From Narcine bancroftii (Eukaryota), in the NCBI RefSeq assembly GCF_036971445.1, contig NC_091476.1, positions 81,902,001 through 81,966,000 on the forward strand: DNA of 64,000 nucleotides, given 5' to 3'. The notes under the pieces were generated by a model that was not told where the DNA came from, did no database searches, and worked only from the letters and a program-made list of their open reading frames with translations. Below, piece after piece: positions 1 to 10,300 of the stretch (its first letter is position 1; every line of letters starts with the position of its first letter). The translations under genes were made by a program, and so were the position numbers.

Positions 1-369
1 CGGGAGTGTGACGGGACGGGGCTCCAGTCCGTGTAAAGGGTCGGGGCTTCGCTCCGTGTGACGGGAGTGGACGAGGCTTTGCTCTGTGTGACGGAAAGGG
101 GATTTACTCTGTGTCCCTGCCCCGGGAGTGTGTGAAGGGTTGGGGCTTTGTTCTGTGTGACGGGATGGGTCTTCACTCTGTGTGAAGGGACGGGGCTTCT
201 CTCTGTGTGACGAGACGGGGCTTCGCTCCTCGTGACGGGACGGGGCTTCGCTCCTCGTGATGGGACCGGGCTTCGTTCCTCGTGACGGGACGGGGCTTCG
301 CTCCTCGTGACGGGACGGGGCTTCGCTCCGTGTGACGCGACGGGGCTTCGCTCCGCGTGACGGATCGGG

Positions 370-413
370 GCTTTGCTCTGTGTCCCTGCCCCGGGAATGT
401 GTGAAGGGTTTGG
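370..413 (+). repeat. Representative long (44-bp) monomer: 25-bp unit plus 19-bp C-rich insertion; variants recur throughout the array
   Basis: GCTTTGCTCTGTGT-CCCTGCCCCGGGAATGTGT-GAAGGGTTGGG. Variant cores include CCCCGTCCCTGGAG, CCCCGCCCCAGGAG, CCCCACCCCAGGTT, CTACACCCCAGGTA, CCCTGCCATGGGAG, CCCTGCCTCGGGAG. The copy offset shifts from 1891 to 1960 (69 = 44+25) between 1223/3114 and 1513/3473, supporting the unit length. Confidence 0.93.
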
Positions 414-749
414 GCTTTGCTCTGTGTCTACACCCCAGGTATGTGTGAACGGACGGGCCTTTGCTCTGTCTGACGGGACGGCTTTGCTCTGTGTGACGGG
501 ACGGGGCTTTGCTCTGCGTGACGGCACGGGGCTTCGCTCCTCGTGATGGGACCGGGCTTCGTTCCTCGTGACGGGACGGGGCTTCGCTCCTCGTGACGGG
601 ACGGGGCTTCGCTCCGTGTGACGGGACGGGGCTGCGCTCCGTGTGAAGGGACGATGTCTTCTCTCGTTGTGACGGGACGGGGAATCTCTCCTCGTGACGG
701 GACGGGGCTTCTCTCCTTGTGACGGGACGGGGCTTCGCTCCGTGTGACG

Positions 750-3700
750 GGACGGCGCTTTCCTCTGTGTGACGGGACGCTGCTTTGCTCCGTGTGACAG
801 GACGGTGCTGCGCTCCGTGTGACGGGACGGTGCTGCGCTCCGTGTGACGGGACGGGGCTGCTCTCCATGTGACGGGACGATGGCTTCTCTCCTTGTGACG
901 GGACGGGGCATCTCTCCTCGTGACGGGACGGGGCTTCTCTCCTTGTGACGGGACGGGGCTTCGCTCCTTGTGACGGGACGGGGCTTCGCTCCGTGTGACG
1001 GGACAGGGTGAGACTTTGCTCTGTGTGACGGGTGAGGGCTCTATTCTGTGTCCCTGCCTCGGGAGAGTGTGACGGGACGGTGCTTCGCTCTGTGTGACTG
1101 GACAGGGCTTCACTCTGTCTCCCCGTCCCTGGAGTGTTTGACGGGACGCGGCGACCCTTTGTGTGACGGGACGTGGCGACGCTACTTGTCTCCGCCCCAG
1201 CATTGTGTGACGGGATGGCGCTTCACTCTCTGTCCCTGCCCCGGGAGTGTGACGGGACGGGGCTCCAGTCCGTGTAAAGGGTCGGGGCTTCGCTCCGTGT
1301 GACGGGAGTGGACGAGGCTTTGCTCTGTGTGACGGAAAGGGGATTTACTCTGTGTGAAGGGACGGGGCTTCTCTCTGTGTGACGAGACGGGGCTTCGCTC
1401 CTCGTGACGGGACGGGGCTTCGCTCCTTGTGACGGGACGGGGCTTCGCTCCTTGTCCCTGCCATGGGAGTGTGTGACGGGAAGGGCTTCGCTCTGTATGA
1501 CGGTATGGGGCTTCACTCTGTCTCCCCGCCCCAGAAGTGTGTGAAGGGTTGGGGCTTTGCTCTGAGTCCCTGCCCCAGGTGTGTGTGATGGGACGGGACG
1601 GGGCATCGCTCCGTGTGACGGAAGGGGCTTCGTTCCGTGTGACGGGACGGGGCTTCGCTCCGTGTGACGGGACGGGGCTTCGCTCCGTGTGACGGAACGG
1701 GGCTTCGCTCCGTGTGACGGGACGGGGCTTCGCTCCGTGTGACGGGACGGGGCTTCACTCCGTGTGACTGGACGGGGCTTCCTCTGTGTGACGTGACGGG
1801 GCTTTGCTCCACGTGACGGGACGGGGCTGCGCTCCGTGTGACGGGACGGGGCTGCGCTCTGTGTGACGGGACGGGGCTGCGCTCCGTGTGACGGGACGAT
1901 GTCTTCTCCCGTTGTGATGGGACGGGGAATCTCTCCTCGTGACGGGACGGGGCTTCTCTCCTCGTGACGGGACGGCGCTTCGCTCCTTGTGACGGGACGG
2001 GGTTTCGCTCCGTCTGACGGGACAGGGTGAGACTTTGCTCTGTGTGACGGGTCAGGGCTTTATACTGTGTCCCTGCCTCGGGTGAGTGTGACGGGACGGT
2101 GCTTCGCTCTGTGTGACTGGACAGTGCTTCACTCTGTCTCCCCGCCCCTGGAGTGTTTGACGGGACGGGGCGACGTTTTTTGTGACGGGACATGGCGACG
2201 CTTCGTGTCTCAGCCCCAGCATTGTGTGACGGGATGGCGATTCACTGTCTGTCCCTGCCCCGGGAGTGTGACGGGACGGGGCTCCAGTCCGTGTAAAGGG
2301 TCGGGGCTTCGCTCCGTGTGACGGGAGTGGACCATGCTTCGCTCCGTGTGACGGGACGGGGCTTCGCTCCGCTTGACGGATCGGGGCTTTGCTTTGTGTC
2401 CCGGCCCCGGGAGTGTGTGAAGGGTTGGAGCTTTGCACTGTGTCCCCACCCCAGGTTTGTGTGACGGGATGGGGCTTTGCTCTGTGTGACGGGACGGGGC
2501 TTCGCTCCGTGTGACGGGACGGGGCTTCGCTCCGTGTGACAGGACGGTTCTTCGGTCCGTGTCACGGGATGGTGTTCGCTCCGTGTGACGGGATGGGGCT
2601 TCGCTCCGTGTGACGGGACGGCGCTTTCCTCTGTGTGACGGGACGGGGCTTTGCTCCGTGTGACGGGACGGTGCTGCGCTCCGTGTGACGGGACGGTGCT
2701 GCGCTCCGTGTGACGGGACGGGGCTGCGCTCCGTGTGACGGGACGGGGCTGCGCTCCATGTGACGGGACGATGGCTTCTCTCCTTGTGACGGGACGGGGC
2801 ATCTCTCCTCGTGACGAGACGGGGCTTCTCTCCTTGTGACGGGACGGGGCTTCGCTCCTTGTGACGGGACGGGGCTTCGCTCCGTGTGACGGGACAGGGT
2901 GAGACTTTGCTCTGCGTGACGGGTGAGGGCTCTATTCTGTGTCCCTGCCTCGGTAGAGTGTGACGGGACGGTGCTTCGCTCTGTTGGACTGGACAGGGCT
3001 TCACTCTGTCTCCCCGTCCCTGGAGTGTTTGACGGGACGGGGCGACCCTTTGTGTGACGGGACGTGGCGACGCTACTTGTCTCCGCCCCAGCATTGTGTG
3101 ACGGGATGGCGCTTCACTCTCTGTCCCTGCCCCGGGAGTGTGACGGGACGGGGCTCCAGTCCGTGTAAAGGGTCGGGGCTTCGCTCCGTGTGACGGGAGT
3201 GGACGAGGCTTTGCTCTGTGTGACGGAAATGGGATTTACTCTGTGTCCCTGCCCCGGGAGTGTGTGAAGGTTTGGGGCTTTGTTCTGCGTGACGGGATGG
3301 GTCTTCACTCTGTGTGAAGGGACGGGGCTTCTCTCTGTGTGACGAGACGGGGCTTCGCTCCTCGTGACGGGACGGGGCTTCGCTCTTTGTGACGGGACGG
3401 GGCTTCGCTCCTTGTCCCTGCCATGGGAGTGTGTGACGGGAAGGGCTTCGCTCTGTATGACGGTATGGGGCTTCACTCTGTCTCCCCGCCCCAGAAGTGT
3501 GTGAAGGGTTGGGGCTTTGCTCTGAGTTCCTGCCCCAGGTGTGTGTGATGGGACGGGACGGGGCATCGCTCCGTGTGACGGAAGGGGCTTCGTTCCGTGT
3601 GACGGGACGGGGCTTCGCTCCGTGTGACGGGACGGGGCTTCGCTCCGTGTGATGGGACGGGGCTTCGCTCCGTGTGACGGGACTGGGCTTCGCTCCGTGT

Positions 3701-4360
3701 GACGGGACGGGGCTTCACTCCGTGTGACTGGACGGGGCTTTCCTCTGTGTGACGGGACGGGGCTTTGCTCCACGTGATGGAACGGGGCTGCGCTCCGTGT
3801 GACGGGACGGGGCTGCGCTCTGTGTGACGGGACGGGGCTGCGCTCCGTGTGACGGGACGATGTCTTCTCCCGTTGTGACGGGACGGGGAATCTCTCCTCG
3901 TGACGGGACGGGGCTTCTCTCCTCGTGACGGGACGGCGCTTCGCTCCTTGTGACGGGACGGGGTTTCGCTCCTTGTGACGGACGGGGCTTCGCTCCGTCT
4001 GACGGTACAGGGTGAGACTTTGCTCTGTGTGACGGGTCAGGGCTTTATTCTGTGTCCCTGCCTCGGGTGAGTGTGACGGGACGGTGCTTCGCTCTGTGTG
4101 ACTGGACAGGGCTTCACTCTGTCTCCCCGCCCCTGGAGTGTTTGACGGGACGGGGCGACGTTTTTTGTGACGGGACATGGCGACGCTACGTGTCTCAGCC
4201 CCAGCATTGTGTGATGGGATGGCGATTCACTGTCTGTCCCTGCCCCGGGAGTGTGACGGGACGGGGCTCCAGTCCGTGTAAAGGGTCGGGGCTTTGCTCC
4301 GTGTGACGGGAGTGGACCATGCTTCGCTCCGTGTGACGGGACGGGGCTTCGCTCCGCTTG
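750..4360 (+). repeat. Tandem duplication with about 1.9-2.0 kb period
   Basis: Matching landmark offsets 1223/3114 (1891), 1513/3473 (1960), 2067/4052 (1985). Boundaries approximate. Confidence 0.75.
1001..1320 (+). repeat. Cassette X (about 320 bp ordered set of diverged monomers), representative copy; about 34 copies in the window
   Basis: Landmarks CAGGGTGAGACTTT ... CCCTGCCTCGGG ... CCAGCATTGTG ... CCAGTCCGTGTAAAGGG ... GGGAGTGGACGA. Tracked by the recurring MSLPR pseudo-ORF at 1048, 2067, 4052, 4948, 8416, 11859, 15304, 16856, 19412, 20913, 34655, 37454, 38809, 41720, 43075, 45986, 49271, 53688, 56414, 60408, 63134 and others. Confidence 0.92.
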
Positions 4361-7300
4361 ACGGATAGGGGCTTTGCTCTGTGTCCCTGCCCCGGGAATG
4401 TGTGAAGGGTTGGGGCTTTGCTCTGTGTCTACACCCCAGGTATGTGTGACGGGACGGGCTTTGCTCTGTGTGACGGGACGGGGCTTCGCTCCGTGTGACG
4501 GGACGGGGCTTCGCTCCGTGTGACGGGATGGGACTTCGCTCCGTGTGACAGGACGGTGCTTCGGTCCGTGTCACGGGATGGTGTTCGCTCCGTGTGACGG
4601 GATGGGGCTTCGCTCCGTGTGACGGGACGGCGCTTTCCTCTGTGTGACGCGACGGGGCTTTGCTCCGTGGGACGGGACGGTGCTGCGCTCCGTGTGACGG
4701 GACGGGGCTGCGCTCCGTGTGACGGGACGGGGCTGCGCTCCTTGTGACGGGACGGGGCTGCGCTCCATGTGACGGGACGATGGCTTCTCTCCTTGTGACG
4801 GGACGGGGCATCTCTCCTCGTGACGGGACGGGGCTTCTCTCCTTGTGACGGGACGGGGCTTCGCTCCTTGTGACGGGACGGGGCTTCGCTCCGTGTGACG
4901 GGACAGTGTGAGACTTTGCTCTGTGTGACGGGTGAGGGCTCTATTCTGTGTCCCTGCCTCGGGAGAGTGTGACGGGACGGTGCTTCGCTCTGTGTGACTG
5001 GACAGGGCTTCACTCTGTCTCCCCGTCCCTGGAGCGTTTGACGGGACGGGGCGACCCTTTGTGTGACGGGACATGGGGACGCTACTTGTCTCCGCCCCAG
5101 CATTGTGTGATGGGATGGCGCTTCACTCTCTGTCCCTGCCCCGGGAGTGTGACGGGACGGGGCTCCAGTCCGTGTAAAGTGTCGGGGCTTCGCTCCGTGT
5201 GACGGGAGTGGACGAGGCTTTGCTCTGTGTGACGGAAAGGGGATTTACTCTGTGTCCCTGCCCCGGGAGTGTGTGAAGGTTTGGAGCTTTGTTCTGTGTG
5301 ACGGGATGGGTCTTCACTCTGTGTGAAGGGACGGGGCTTCTCTCTGTGTGACGAGACGGGGCTTCGCTCCTCGTGACGGGACGGGGCTTCGCTCCTCGTG
5401 ATGGGACCGGGCTTCGCTCCTCGTGACGGGACGGGGCTTCGCTCCACGTGACGGGACGGGGCTTCGCTCCGTGTGACGGGACGGGGCTTCACTCCGCGTG
5501 ATGGATCGGGGCTTTGCTCTGTGTCCCTGCCCCGGGAATGTGTGAAGGGTTGGGGCTTTGCTCTGTGTCTACACCCCAGGTATGTGTGACGGGACGGGCC
5601 TTTGCTCTGTCTGACGGGACGGCTTTGCTCTGTGTGACGGGACGGGGCTTTGCTCTGCGTGACGGCACGGGGCTTTGCTCTGTGTGACGGGAAGGGGATT
5701 TGCTCTGTGTGACAGGACGGGGTTTGCTCTGTGTGACGGGATGGGTCTTCACTCTGTGTGACGGGAAGGGGCTTCTCTCTGTGTGAAGGGACGAGGCTTC
5801 GCTCTAAGTGACGGGACAGGACTTTGCTCCACGTGACGGGTCGGGGCTTCGCAGCGCGTGACGGGACGGTGCTTCGCTCCGTGTGACGGGATGTGGCTTC
5901 GATCCGTATGACGGGACGGGGATTCGCTCTGCGTGACGGGACGCGGCTTCACTCTGTTTCACCGCCCCTGGAGTTTTTGGCGGGACTGGGCGACGCTTTG
6001 TGTGATGGGACGGGGCGATGCTACGTGCCACCACCCCAGCATTGTGCGACGGGATGGTGCTTCACTCTCTTCCCTGCCCCGGGAGTGTGACGGGACGGGG
6101 CTTCGCTCCGTGTGACGTATAGGGGCTTCGCTCCGTGTGACGGGAGAGGACGAGGATTTGCTCTGCGTAACGGGACAGGGCCTCGCTCTTTGTGACGGGA
6201 CCGGGGTTTACTCTGTGTCCCGGCCCCGGGAGTGTGTGAAGGGTTGGAGCTTTGCTCTGTGTCCCCACCCCAGGTTTGTGTGACGGGATGGGGCTTTGCT
6301 CTGTGTGAGGGGACGGGGCTTTGCTCCGTGTGACGGGATGGGGCTTTGCTCTGTGTGACGGGATGGGTCTTCACTCTGTGTGACGGGACCGGGCTTCTCT
6401 CTGTGTGACGAGACGGGGCTTCGCTCCACGTGACGGGACGGGACTTCGAACCTCGTGACGGGACGTGGCTTCGCTCCTCGTGACGGACGGGGCTTCGCTC
6501 CTCGTGACGGGACGGGGCTTCGCTCCTCGTGACGGGACGGGGCTTCGCTCCACGTGACGGGACGGGGCTTCGCTCCTCTTGACGGGACGGGGCTTCGCTC
6601 CTCTTGACGGGACGGGGCTTCGCTCCTCGTGACCGTACGGGGCTTCGCTCCTCGTGACTGGACGTGGCTTCGCTCCTCGAGACGGGACGGGGCTTCGCTC
6701 CTCGTGAAGGGACGGGGCTTCGCTCCTCGTGACGGGACGGGGCTTCGTTCCTCGTGACGGGACGGGGGTTCGCTCCTTGTGATGGGACGGGGCTTCGCTC
6801 CTTGTCCCTGCCATGGGAGTGTGTGACGGGAAGGGGCTTCGCTCTGTATGACGGTATGGGGCTTCACTCTGTCTCCCCGCCCCAGGAGTGTGTGAAGGGT
6901 TGGGGCTTTGCTCTGAGTCCCTGCCCCAGGTGTGTGTGATGGGACGGGACGGGGCATCGCTCCGTGTGACGGAAGGGGCTTTGTTCCGTGTGACGGGACG
7001 GTGCTTCGCTCCGTGTGACGGGACGGGGCTTCGCTCCGTGTGACGGGACGGGGCTTCGCTCCATGTGACGTGACGGGGCTTCGCTCCGTGTGACGGGACG
7101 GGGCTTCGCTCCGTGTGACGGGACGGGGCTTTCCTCTGTGTGACGGGACGGGGCTTTGCTCCATGTGACACGACGGGGCTGCGCTCCGTGTGACGGGACG
7201 ATGTCTTCTCTCGTTGTGACGGGACGGGGAATCTCTCCTCGTGACGGGACGGGGCTTCTCTCCTTGTGACGGGACGGGGCTTCGCTCCTTGTGACGGGAC

Positions 7301-10300
7301 GGGGCTTCGCTCCTTGTGACAGGACGGGGCTTCGCTCCTTGTGACGGGACGGGGCTTCGCTCCTTGTGACGGACGGGGCTTCGCTCCTTGTGACGGGATG
7401 GGGCTTCGCTCCTTGTGACGGACGGGGCTTCGCTCCGTGTGACGGGACAGGGTGAGACTTTGCTCTGTGTGACGGGTCAGGGCTTTCTTTATTCTGTGTC
7501 CCTGCCTCGGGTGAGTGTGACGGGACGGTGCTTCGCTCTGTGTGACTGGACAGGGCTTCACTCTGTCTCCCCGCCCCTGGAGTGTTTGACGGGTCGGGGC
7601 GGCGCTTTGTGTGACGGGACGTGGCGACGCTACGTGTCTCAGCCCCAGCATTGTGTAACAGGATGGCGCTTCACTCTCTGTCCCTGCCCCGGGAGTGTGA
7701 CGGGACGAGGCTCCAGTCCATGTAATGGGTCGGGGCTTCGCTCGTGTGACAGGAGTGGACGAGGCTTTGCTCCGTGTGACGGTACGGGGCTTCGCTCCGC
7801 GTGACGGATCGGGGCTTTGCTCTGTGTCCCTGCCCCGGGAATGTGTGAAGAGTTGGGGCTTTGCTCTGTGTCTACACCCCAGGTATGTGTGACGGGACGG
7901 GCTTTGCTCTGTGTGACGGGATGGGGCTTCGCTCCGTGTGACGGGACGGGGCTTCGCTCCGTGTGACGGGATGGGACTTCGCTCCGTGTGACAGGACGGT
8001 GCTTCGGTCCGTGTCACGGGATGGGGTTCGCTCCGTGTGACGGGATGGGGCTTCGCTCCGTTTGACGGGACGGCGCTTTCCTCTGTGTGACGGGAAGGGG
8101 CTTTGCACCGTGTGACGGGACGGTGCTGTGCTCCGTGTGACGGGACGGGGCTGCGCTCCGTGTGACGGGATGGGGCTGCGCTCCGTGTGACGGGACGGGG
8201 CTGCGCTCCTTGTGACGGGACGGGGCTGCGCTCCATGTGACGGGACGATGGCTTCTCTCCTTGTGACGGGACGGGGCATCTCTCCTCGTGACGGGACGGG
8301 GCTTCTCTCCTTGTGACGGGACGGGGCTTCGCTCCTTGTGACGGGACGGGGCTTCGCTCCGTGTGACGGGACAGTGTGAGACTTTGCTCTGTGTGACGGG
8401 TGAGGGCTCTATTCTGTGTCCCTGCCTCGGGAGAGTGTGACGGGACGGTGCTTCGCTCTGTGTGACTGGACAGGGCTTCACTCTGTCTCCCCGTCCCTGG
8501 AGCGTTTGACGGGACGGGGCGACCTTTTGTGTGACGGGACATGGGGACGCTACTTGTCTCCGCCCCAGCATTGTGTTATGGGATGGCGCTTCACTCTCTG
8601 TCCCTGCCCCGGGAGTGTGACGGGACGGGGCTCCAGTCCGTGTAAAGGGTCGGGGCTTCGCTCCGTGTGACGGGAGTGGACGAGGCTTTGCTCTGTGTGA
8701 CGGAAAGGGGATTTACTCTGTGTCCCTGCCCCGGGAGTGTGTGAAGGTTTGGAGCTTTGTTCTGTGTGACGGGATGGGTCTTCACTCTGTGTGAAGGGAC
8801 GGGGCTTCTCTCTGTGTGACGAGACGGGGCTTCGCTCCTCGTGACGGGACCGGGCTTCGCTCCTCGTGACGGGACGGGGCTTCGCTCCACGTGACGGGAC
8901 GGGGCTTCGCTCCGTGTGACGGGACGGGGCTTCACTCCGCGTGATGGATCGGGGCTTTGCTCTGTGTCCCTGCCCCGGGAATGTGTGAAGGGTTGGGGCT
9001 TTGCTCTGTGTCTACACCCCAGGTATGTGTGACGGGACGGGCCTTTGCTCTGTCTGACGGGACGGCTTTGCTCTGCGTGACGGGACGGGGCTTTGCTCTG
9101 CGTGACGGCACGGGGCTTTGCTCTGTGTGACGGGAAGGGGATTTGCTCTGTGTGACAGGACGGGGTTTGCTCTGTGTGACGGGATGGGTCTTCACTCTGT
9201 GTGACGGGAAGGGGCTTCTCTCTGTGTGAAGGGACGAGGCTTCGCTCTAGGTGACGGGACAGGACTTTGCTCCACGTGACGGGTCGGGGCTTCGCAGCGC
9301 GTGACGGGACGGTGCTTCGCTCCGTGTGACGGGATGTGGCTTCGATCCGTATGACGGGACGGGGATTCGCTCTGCGTGACGGGACGCGGCTTCACTCTGT
9401 TTCACCGCCCCTGGAGTTTTTGGCGGGACTGGGCGACGCTTTGTGTGATGGGACGGGGCGATGCTACGTGCCACCGCCCCAGCATTGTGCGACGGGATGG
9501 TGCTTCACTCTCTTCCCTGCCCCGGGAGTGTGACGGGACGGGGCTTCGCTCCGTGTGACGTATAGGGGCTTCGCTCCGTGTGACGGGAGAGGACGAGGAT
9601 TTGCTCTGCGTAACGGGACAGGGCCTCGCTCTTTGTGACGGGACCGGGGATTACTCTGTGTCCCGGCCCCGGGAGTGTGTGACGGGTTGGAGCTTTGCTC
9701 TGTGTCCCCACCCCAGGTTTGTGTGACGGGATGGGGCTTTGCTCTGTGTGAGGGGACGGGGCTTTGCTCCGTGTGACGGGATGGGGCTTTGCTCTGTGTG
9801 ACGGGATGGGTCTTCACTCTGTGTGACGGGACCGGGCTTCTCTCTGAGTGACGAGACGGGGCTTCGCTCCACGTGACGGGACGGGACTTCGAACCTCGTG
9901 ACGGGACGTGGCTTCGCTCCTCGTGACGGACGGGGCTTCGCTCCTCGTGACGGGACGGGGCTTCGCTCCTCGTGACGGGACGGGGCTTCGCTCCACGTGA
10001 CGGGACGGGGCTTCGCTCCTCGTGACGGGACGGGGCTTCGCTCCTCTTGACGGGACGGGGCTTCGCTGCTCGTGACCGTACGGGGCTTCGCTCCTCGTGA
10101 CTGGACGTGGCTTCGCTCCTCGAGACGGGACGGGGCTTCGCTCCTCGTGAAGGGACGGGGCTTCGCTCCTCGTGACGGGACGGGGCTTCGTTCCTCGTGA
10201 CGGGACGGGGCTTCGCTCCTTGTGACGGGACGGGGCTTCGCTCCTTGTCCCTGCCATGGGAGTGTGTGACGGGAAGGGGCTTCGCTCTGTATGACGGTAT

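Noticed and set aside
384-393. CCCTGCCCCG is the same-direction complement of the core GGGACGGGGC (parallel-strand or mirror symmetry)
   Set aside because: The match is real, but the core is nearly mirror-symmetric and low in complexity, so an ordinary inverted copy plus two substitutions explains it without unusual pairing.
379-402. 19-bp insertion as a mobile element with TGTGT target-site duplication
   Set aside because: The core is only 14 bp with no terminal repeats and always occupies the same monomer position, so it spread by array amplification rather than independent insertion.
1048-1302. Recurrent 84-aa Cys/Trp-rich plus-strand ORF (MSLPRESVTG...) as a tandem small-protein family
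   Set aside because: It starts at GTG within a satellite monomer and is made entirely of monomer-derived sequence. Its conservation follows cassette X duplication, and no promoter, splice or polyA context is visible.
3619-3650. Rho-independent terminators or cUUCGg tetraloop RNA
   Set aside because: There is no U-tract after the stem, TTCG is flanked by C and C rather than C and G, and there is no gene context.
3619-3660. CENP-B box-like motif (TTCG...CGGG)
   Set aside because: The canonical box has 7 nt between TTCG and CGGG; here there are 10, so the required spacing is not met.
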